A stretch of DNA of 64,000 nt from the NCBI GenBank assembly GCA_964291395.2, contig OZ219856.1:608001-672000 (forward strand), given 5' to 3'. A model generated the notes under the pieces. The model ran no database searches. It saw nothing but the letters and a program-made list of their open reading frames with translations, and was not told where the DNA came from. Position numbers and translations under genes: made by a program. Below are positions 63,630-64,000 of this stretch, in pieces. Within the stretch, counting starts at the first letter, position 1; each line of letters begins with the position of its first letter. The DNA is from Alphaproteobacteria bacterium (lineage in GTDB: Bacteria > Pseudomonadota > Alphaproteobacteria > UBA2966).

Positions 63630-63767
63630 ATACACGGCCGGTTGCCTGGACCGCCGCGATGGGGCAGTTTGCCATTCTGTTCGAGGAGCGTTTTCGGGCC
63701 TCAGCGCGCTGAGGCCCGAAAACGCAAATGCCCACCAAGCGGCTTACACAGACATTCGGGCATACCC
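63630..63767 (+). mobile_element. IS256-family remnant (transposase C-terminus plus right end)
   Basis: RPVAWTAAMGQFAILFEERF resembles the IS256 transposase C-terminus. The terminal cttacacagacattcgggcataccc resembles an IS256 IR (GGG...TGTGTAAG on the minus strand). Confidence 0.6.
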
Positions 63768-63924
63768 AAAGAACTTTCTCACACGCAGAGCCCCGATGCG
63801 CATATCCTTTGTGAGAACTTCGGGTTAGGGTGGGGTTCTCAGCACAAGCTCCAGCCTGCCGATCGCCTTCGGATCGCCGACCAGCGCTACGCGCGCTGCG
63901 GCCACATTCGAAGGAGGTCTCTCC

Positions 63925-64000
63925 ATGTCAGAGCAGCATGCACCCACGGCGCGCGGCGAACGCCTGCACAAATGGATCATGTATGGCTCCATCGTCGGCG
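63925..64000 (+). CDS. Start of a probable membrane protein (runs off the window end)
   Basis: AAGGAGGT RBS then MSEQHAPTARGERLHKWIMYGSIVG. Confidence 0.5.
   Translation, partial: MSEQHAPTARGERLHKWIMYGSIVG

Overview
High-GC bacterial DNA, most consistent with a marine or host-associated Alphaproteobacterium (inferred from gene content). The window runs: partial pntA, a FitAB-type TA pair and a GFA protein; a lower-GC, decaying polysaccharide/LPS cluster interrupted by a TRAP-SBP + GMC-oxidoreductase insert; thiol-dioxygenase-like, tautomerase and amidohydrolase genes; a SUF Fe-S operon with several apparent frameshifts; a catabolic block (CoxL-like molybdoenzyme, beta-decarboxylating dehydrogenase, TPP enzyme, SDR, aconitase with altered active-site motifs); a PadR/DUF2141/Tat-exported carotenoid oxygenase module; UPF0182; an LLM oxidoreductase; a partly deleted carnitine/betaine catabolic region; a divergent four-component methanesulfonate-monooxygenase-like (msmDCAB-like) Rieske system beside a DmdA-like GcvT demethylase; a Phd/VapC TA pair flanked by 51-bp direct repeats; RidA, a second Rieske oxygenase, haloalkane dehalogenase and flavin reductase; and an IS256-like end. 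No rRNA, tRNA or CRISPR array was seen. The best novelty candidates are the short-spacer Msm-like oxygenase and the variant-aconitase cluster. All family assignments come from motif recognition by eye; no database searches were run.
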